Source: Phycisphaerae bacterium
GTDB taxonomy: Bacteria; Planctomycetota; Phycisphaerae; UBA1845
Length of the DNA: 31,459 nt
Assembly (NCBI GenBank): GCA_046754365.1
Contig: JBHHVO010000001.1
Span: 1 to 31,459, forward strand
Direction of reading: 5' to 3'
Both the position numbers and the translations under genes were made by a program. Shown piece after piece: positions 26,801-31,459 of the stretch. Position 1 is the stretch's first letter. Every line of letters starts with the position of its first letter. The notes under the pieces are model-generated. The model was not told the DNA's origin. It was given only the letters and a program-made list of their open reading frames with translations, and searched no databases.

Positions 26801-27452
26801 AATGCGGCGTTCCCTCGCGCAGATCCGCGAGGCGCTAAGCGGCATGGTCGAGGCCCAGCGCAGCATCAACCGCGACATCGACGCCCTCGTGGCGCGCGCC
26901 GAAGGTCGCCGAAGACTCAGCCGGGCTCAAGCCCGGCGTGCGGCCAAGCTCGCTCGAGATCAGGCCGGCGTTCGCGCGCGCGTGGATGAGCTACGTCCCG
27001 AGCTCGAGAAGGTCGTCGTCTACGATTGGGCGCTACAGCGCGTAGCCGGCTGGATGGACACGGCGCGCGACCGGCTCGACCGCCGCGAGGTGGACGACGA
27101 GCTCGTCGCCACCACCACCCGCATCGTCCGCGAGCTCGAGAAGCTCATCGGCGCGATCGCGGAGACCGAGGCGATCCCGCTCCCGTCGGAGTTTGCCGAG
27201 GCGAACACCGGCGGCGGCGACGGCGGGCGCGGCGACGCGTCCGGCCACAAGCCGATCCCGACGATCGCGGAGCTACTCGTGCTCAAGGCGATGCAGATGG
27301 ATGTGAATCGCAGGACGCGCGCGCTGCACGACGCGTTCGACCCGGACGACGCGACGGAGCAGCAACTACGCGAACTACAAATGGTCGGCGAGGATCAGGC
27401 CGAGGTCCAACGCCTCACACAACGGGTGACGCAACGCGCGCGGCAGCCATAG
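23850..27452 (+). CDS. Large DUF4175-like membrane protein (3 TM, Ig-like domains, helical repeats)
   Basis: Three N-terminal TM helices, LQDRLTSAVNF, several beta-rich segments, DMPPSVTL, EDDFGI, then about 600 aa of Gln-punctuated helical repeats. ATG at 23850, 1200 aa. Confidence 0.8.
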   Translation: MHNAWLEESRILTRLTALRRTIRRRLLAYGVCAVLAGGIVAFLVAVTLDWLLWLPAALRAVGVVAFVCGFVAAVRHWVFRPLCAAVTVDEIAGQLERHFGHLQDRLTSAVNFLGNADAGSPTMMRRVVLNTDRVLDHTPLASALSLRPLVVRMVLLALSMSVFVSIAWFGRDWVRTGMYRYIYPMGEIEWPRRVSIAPLTGRETVAIGDSLTVRMRVVRGLNDALRGIVVLRDPDGTTASLAMQRDIDGTFYATIDAITRDVQYWFEAGDDSTQRTLQTIHAVRRPEVAEALIEIQPPPYAADRPARVRTLDATPVRAPIGGHIVVAVRVSKPVVTATDAPETGLRLDDETFLPFTPEAGDSEQLTARFPVVQDVRFRIELVDVHGLHNRGFDVFTVEAMPDMPPSVTLVEPKGTVEATTNGAVRVVARVEDDFGISRLELQAETLADADVRPGSLVLQSLLDRVVPVTDDAEILAMAPYDWHLANLHLAAGDIVVYRVVATDNFATSPDGDAAASRRAPGRTGASRGAAGHTGASGDMRIKIISDVEFEIRLRDDLALLEARIRQARLDQLDVLDRTTTLVRATDGGSESTTSASHAEASLLSVPQRDTAAALAAEQTRLVRRVRELARRFRALTERMARNHAGADDTRRRIADAADELLRIATEPMATASGHLRGVNDEPRAIAQHASLRTAADQEQLAADGLESLIRTMTQWGSFHGLLAKTKDLLDRQQALRRTTTEIGETTLGKPVDALTPEEHAELTRNKRTQEQLGGDVEQLLARMRQLLEQTGETDRADAATLEDALRAAQSREVLKHLRAAAAAIEANRTAAAAIDQRTAEDAIRKIIDALNQRNDRRLAELRKHLRSAEEQVADLIAQQQLVRDATEEAARMGTDDTTLGRLADRQHTLQRNTRLLGEDLADVVRAVRAARLVRQAVAPMVRAEDSLRTTDVDVATARQDDALATLRAALEQLETLADETAQEAMRRSLAQIREALSGMVEAQRSINRDIDALVARAEGRRRLSRAQARRAAKLARDQAGVRARVDELRPELEKVVVYDWALQRVAGWMDTARDRLDRREVDDELVATTTRIVRELEKLIGAIAETEAIPLPSEFAEANTGGGDGGRGDASGHKPIPTIAELLVLKAMQMDVNRRTRALHDAFDPDDATEQQLRELQMVGEDQAEVQRLTQRVTQRARQP

Positions 27453-27472
27453 CACGCAACGCAGAGAGGGAC

Positions 27473-28171
27473 ATGAGCATGCGGCGAAATCGCCTTGCAC
27501 CACGAACGCTTCGGGCGGTGGGCATCGTGCTCGGCGTCACCATCGCCGCGTCGTCCGGTCTGGCATCCGTGGCCCTTGCCGCCCAGGCACCACCGAAACC
27601 AGACGCGCCCAAGCCCAAACCCAGACCCAAGCCCGCGGGAGAGGACCTCTCCAAGAAACTCATCCGACAGGCCGCCGGCGATGCCGACGAAGACCTCATG
27701 TCCGAGATTATCCGCCTGATGGATGAGGCGTCGCGCAAACTCGCGCGCGATCTCGACGCCGGAACAGATACACAGGCCACGCAAGCGGCCGTCATGGCCA
27801 AGCTTGACGAGGTGATCAAACGGGCGGCCATGAACCAGCGCCGACCGTCCCAAAGCACACAGCAAACCCGCTCCGACAAACGCACCATGCCCAAACAACC
27901 GCACGACAAACGGGACCGTCCGTCCGGCGACACACGGCAGGACGCCGCCGCGCTCCCCACCGGCACCGTCGACGCCGGCAAGGGAAAGACGGACACGGAT
28001 ACCGCCGGGGCGTCCGGCGCGATGGGTGAGTGGCGCCGGACATGGGGCAACCTGCCCCAACGCGAGCGCGACGAGGTGATCCAGGGCCGCGGCGAGGCGT
28101 TCCTGGAACGCTACAGGGAGCTCATTGAACGATACTACCGTGCGCTGCAGGAGTCCCAGGAGAAACCGTGA
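27473..28171 (+). CDS. Secreted helical protein with WGxLP...YY C-terminal motif
   Basis: GAGAGGG SD, signal peptide ending ALA-AQ, Pro/Lys linker, helical core, Gln/Asp linker, tail WGNLPQRERDEVIQGRGEAFLERYRELIERYYRALQE. 232 aa. Confidence 0.78.
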   Translation: MSMRRNRLAPRTLRAVGIVLGVTIAASSGLASVALAAQAPPKPDAPKPKPRPKPAGEDLSKKLIRQAAGDADEDLMSEIIRLMDEASRKLARDLDAGTDTQATQAAVMAKLDEVIKRAAMNQRRPSQSTQQTRSDKRTMPKQPHDKRDRPSGDTRQDAAALPTGTVDAGKGKTDTDTAGASGAMGEWRRTWGNLPQRERDEVIQGRGEAFLERYRELIERYYRALQESQEKP

Positions 28172-29331
28172 ACACGCCCACACTGGAACTGCATCCACGC
28201 CGTCGTCCTGCACGGCGCGCCGCCTCGGCGTTGCGCACCGGTGCTGCATGGGTTGCCAGCCGGTGCGGGCGGCGGTGCGTCGCCGGTCCGCGCGGCCTGT
28301 CCAGATCCGGCCGGCGGTGGCTCGGCGTCGTCACGGTCGCGTGGTGCACGACCATTGCCACGGCGTTGGACCGGTCACCGCCGCACAAGGCGACACCCGT
28401 TGCGACGGAGATCACGCCGGAGCTCCGTGCGGCGGTTCGACGCGCGCTCGCGTGGCTTGCCCAGCAACAGGCGGAGGATGGATCGTACGGCAACCTGTCG
28501 CATTACGGCCCCCACGTCGGCATTACCGGTCTCGTGGGGCTCGCGTTCATGTCCGACGGGCACGTGCCGGGTCGAGGACGCTATGCCGATGTCGTGGACG
28601 GCTGCCTCCGGTTCGTGCTCGCGCACGGCTCCGAGAGCGGCCTGCTCGCGGCGGAAACGTCGCATGGGCCGATGTACGGGCATGGGTTTGCGACGCTCTT
28701 TCTGGCTGAAGTGTACGGCATGACGCCGCGGCGCGACGTACGGGAAACGCTGCGCAAGGCCGTCAGGCTCATCACGACGACCCAGAACGACGAGGGCGGT
28801 TGGCGATATCAACCCGTGCCGAACGACGCAGACCTTTCGGTTACGATCTGCGAAATCATGGCGCTTCGGGCGGCGCGCAACGCGGGCATTCACGTAGACA
28901 AGACGGTCATTGACGGCGCGATCGAGTATGTCAAGAAGAGCCAGAACCCCGACGGCGGCTTTCGCTACATGCTGCACTCGGGGGGGTCGCAGTTTCCGCG
29001 GTCGGCCGCCGGTGTCGCCGCGCTGCAATACGCCGGCATCTACGAAGGCCCGGAGCTCGAACGGGGCCTACAATATCTAATGAGGTTCCTGCCGCCGAAC
29101 GAGCAGGCGCTCGGCCACTACTTTTACGGGCACTACTACGCCGGCCAGGCCATGTTTCTCGCGGGTGACAACTACTGGCAGGTCTGGTGGCCCGCGGTGC
29201 GTGAGGAACTGCTCGGCAAACAGGCGCCCGAAGGCTTCTGGCGCGGGCAGGCGGGCACGGAATATGGGACAGCGATGGCGTCGATCATCCTTCAAATGCC
29301 GAACCGGCTCCTGCCGATCTTTCAAAAGTAG
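28168..29331 (+). CDS. Prenyltransferase/squalene-oxidase repeat protein ((alpha/alpha)6 barrel), probably exported
   Basis: QW-type repeats ALAWLAQQQAEDGSY, QNDEGGWRY, SQNPDGGFRY, QAPEGFW. Hydrophobic leader before LDRS. GTGA overlap with the upstream stop. Confidence 0.88.
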   Translation: MNTPTLELHPRRRPARRAASALRTGAAWVASRCGRRCVAGPRGLSRSGRRWLGVVTVAWCTTIATALDRSPPHKATPVATEITPELRAAVRRALAWLAQQQAEDGSYGNLSHYGPHVGITGLVGLAFMSDGHVPGRGRYADVVDGCLRFVLAHGSESGLLAAETSHGPMYGHGFATLFLAEVYGMTPRRDVRETLRKAVRLITTTQNDEGGWRYQPVPNDADLSVTICEIMALRAARNAGIHVDKTVIDGAIEYVKKSQNPDGGFRYMLHSGGSQFPRSAAGVAALQYAGIYEGPELERGLQYLMRFLPPNEQALGHYFYGHYYAGQAMFLAGDNYWQVWWPAVREELLGKQAPEGFWRGQAGTEYGTAMASIILQMPNRLLPIFQK

Positions 29332-30593
29332 TGTACTTCCGACGCGTCACACACGGTCCGTTCATCGTCTTGGCGGCGTTGTCGTGCGCCGCCGCGGTGG
29401 CACCACCCGCCGAAGCGTTCCGCAGCGCCGGCGACGTCGTCACCAAGACGCTCACCGAGGACGCCGTCACCGGCCGACTCGTCACGTTTTCCATCGCCGA
29501 CGGGCTCGTGCTCGGCGGTGCAGGCGGGCCGGACCGCAGGATACCCACGGACGATATCGTGCGGCTTACCGCGGCACCGACGGACACCGCCACGCACGTC
29601 GCGCCCCGTCCGCTCCCGGGAGAAATCACACTGCGCCTCGTCGGCGGCGACCTGCTCATCGGGCGCATCACCGGCATGAACGAGACCGACGAGGCCGTCT
29701 TCGTCCGCACGCGCGATCTCGGTGAAGTCGCGATACCGCTCGAGTCGCTTGTGGCGGCCGTCCGAAACGCACGCTCGAGGCGGGCGCTTCACGTGGGGCA
29801 AGGCCCCGACGGCGCAACCACGGCCCGACAGGCGGTACGCCCGTACGAAGACACGATCTTCCTTGCCAATGGCGACACGCTCACCGGCTTCGTCACGGCC
29901 ATCGACCCAGACGGCGTCGTCGTCGAGTCCGCCCGTGGCGAGACCACGGTAGCCCTGCGCCTCATCGCCGCCATACACTTCGCGGCCGCGGAGCCGCAGC
30001 GACTCGAGGGCAAACACGTCATCCTCACGCTCCTCACAAGCGGACGGCTGACGGTGACCAGCCTCAACTGGTCCGACGACATCATCCGCGCGACGCTCCG
30101 CCATGGTCCCGACGTGCTCATCGAGGCCGAGCGGGTCGCGGCCGCCGATGTCGTGGGCGGCCGGTGGGAATGGCTCTCCCAGCATCAACCCATCAGCTAC
30201 GAACACACGCCCATGCTGTCACTCGGGTGGGACTACGCCCGCGACCGCAACGTCCTTGGCCAGCCCATCCGCGTACGCGGCGAAACGTTCTCCCGCGGCA
30301 TCGGGGTGCACAGCCGCTCCAAGCTCACGTACGATCTCAAGGGTGCATACCGCGCGTTCGTCACGAGCCTCGCGCTCGATGATGCGAGCGGCCCGCTCGC
30401 CGACGTGACGGCGGTCATACAGGTGGACGGGCAAACGCGTTTCACCCGCAACGGCATCCGCGCCGGCGACATCGTCGGCCCGATTCGCATCGACGTATCC
30501 GGCGCGAAGCGTATCGAACTCATCGTCGATTTCGGAAGAAACGGAGACATCCAGGACCGATTCAACTGGATCGAGGCGGCGCTCATTCGCTAG
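29331..30593 (+). CDS. Exported protein with four small beta-repeat modules and a C-terminal NPCBM/NEW2 domain
   Basis: Signal peptide (FIVLAALSCAAAVA). C-terminal GETFSRGIGVHS.SKLTYDL.G.YRAF...ALDD....V...I.VDG.....I.IDVSGAKRIELIVD.G..GD..D..NW. One-nt overlap with the upstream stop. Confidence 0.88.
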   Translation: MYFRRVTHGPFIVLAALSCAAAVAPPAEAFRSAGDVVTKTLTEDAVTGRLVTFSIADGLVLGGAGGPDRRIPTDDIVRLTAAPTDTATHVAPRPLPGEITLRLVGGDLLIGRITGMNETDEAVFVRTRDLGEVAIPLESLVAAVRNARSRRALHVGQGPDGATTARQAVRPYEDTIFLANGDTLTGFVTAIDPDGVVVESARGETTVALRLIAAIHFAAAEPQRLEGKHVILTLLTSGRLTVTSLNWSDDIIRATLRHGPDVLIEAERVAAADVVGGRWEWLSQHQPISYEHTPMLSLGWDYARDRNVLGQPIRVRGETFSRGIGVHSRSKLTYDLKGAYRAFVTSLALDDASGPLADVTAVIQVDGQTRFTRNGIRAGDIVGPIRIDVSGAKRIELIVDFGRNGDIQDRFNWIEAALIR

Positions 30594-30688
30594 CGTCAGC
30601 ATTGTGACGACCGTACCGACGAGCCGAGCCGCCGGTCGCCGCCGCCGCACGTTTGACGCCGCCTGCAGCGCGGCCTACCGTCGCCGTC

Positions 30689-31459
30689 ATGTCCGCGGCC
30701 GCCGACTTCGATGTCATGCACCGCCTCCCCGCGCTGCAGGAGCGCCGCGAACGCGTATTCCTCGTGCTCGCGGGCGTGTTCCTCGGATCCATGGCGATGC
30801 TCAACATCCTCGGCATCACACGGTTTATCCACATCGGTCCGCTCGCGCTGGCGGTCGGTGTGTTGCCGTATCCGCTCACGTTTCTTTGCACGGACTTCAT
30901 CAGCGAGTTCTACGGGCGCACGCGCGCGAACTTCGTCGTCCTCGTCGGACTGCTGCTCAACGGCATGGTGCTCGCGTTCCTCTGGCTCGGACATCGCATC
31001 CCGGCCCTGCCCGCCGACCAGCAGCCCCCGTGGCAAACGCTCTCACTCGCCAGGACGCTCGTGCTGCCATTCGGCGGCGAAGTCACCGAGATTGAGCTCT
31101 TCGAAATCATCTACCGGTGCACGCGCGGCGCCGTCGTGGCGTCGATGGTGGCGTACCTGGCCGCCCAGTTCTGCGACGTGTACCTGTTCCACTTTTGGAA
31201 GAAGCTCACCCGGGGCAAACACCTCTGGCTCCGCAACAACGGCTCGACCATGGTGTCGCAACTCGTCGACGCCACCGCCGTGATCTTCATCACGTTCTGG
31301 GCGCAATTCGCCGCCGGTGACAAGACGCTCGCCGCGTTGCTCATGCTCGTCGCGAGCAACTACGTCTTCAAGCTCACCGTCGCCGCCATCGACACGATCC
31401 CGTTCTACATCGGCGTCCGGTTCCTCAAGGGATACCTGCGCATCGACCCGACACGCAGC
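30689..31459 (+). CDS. yhhQ: Queuosine precursor transporter (YhhQ/VUT family), 3' end beyond the window
   Basis: My translation: VGVLPYPLTFLCTDFISEFYGR, ASMVAYLAAQFCDVYLF, LWLRNNGSTMVSQLVDA, NYVFKL..A.IDTIPFY. Open to the window end and absent from the ORF track. Confidence 0.9.
   Translation, partial: MSAAADFDVMHRLPALQERRERVFLVLAGVFLGSMAMLNILGITRFIHIGPLALAVGVLPYPLTFLCTDFISEFYGRTRANFVVLVGLLLNGMVLAFLWLGHRIPALPADQQPPWQTLSLARTLVLPFGGEVTEIELFEIIYRCTRGAVVASMVAYLAAQFCDVYLFHFWKKLTRGKHLWLRNNGSTMVSQLVDATAVIFITFWAQFAAGDKTLAALLMLVASNYVFKLTVAAIDTIPFYIGVRFLKGYLRIDPTRS

Noticed and set aside
28168-29331. Hopanoid or terpene biosynthetic gene cluster
   Set aside because: Single barrel without DxDD, apparently exported, and no hpn, squalene synthase or polyprenyl synthase genes in the window.
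30594-30688. preQ1 riboswitch upstream of yhhQ
   Set aside because: No class I stem with A-rich tail or other recognisable aptamer in the 95-nt GC-rich gap.

Overview
GC-rich bacterial chromosomal window, most likely Planctomycetota and possibly Phycisphaerae. The lineage is inferred from the gene repertoire and protein styles, not from a marker search. I found no mobile element, CRISPR array, rRNA or tRNA. The left half is housekeeping and regulatory: a secreted Arg/His/Tyr-rich TPR protein, an orphan pyrK-like gene, then on the minus strand a zinc-ribbon membrane protein, rpsO, pnp, a cold-shock protein, a sensor-less histidine kinase, a sigma54 response regulator and a lipoprotein. After a long divergent gap come an insertion-rich leuS, a CYTH (class IV adenylate cyclase-like) gene and a cytochrome c'-like gene. 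The right half (16449-30593) is an eight-gene, same-strand cluster and the best candidate for a functionally undescribed system. It encodes a MoxR AAA+ ATPase, a DUF58 protein with a MIDAS motif, two paralogous membrane-anchored vWA/Ig/GATase1-like proteins, a 1200-aa DUF4175-like Ig plus helical-repeat protein, a secreted protein that appears to carry the missing half of that protein's last repeat, an exported prenyltransferase/squalene-cyclase-fold barrel without the DxDD motif, and an exported four-repeat plus NPCBM protein. Such neighbourhoods are familiar from annotation of this phylum, but I know of no established function for them. The window ends inside a YhhQ/VUT queuosine-precursor transporter gene that the ORF track missed. 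All domain calls come from motif recognition by eye; no database search was run.
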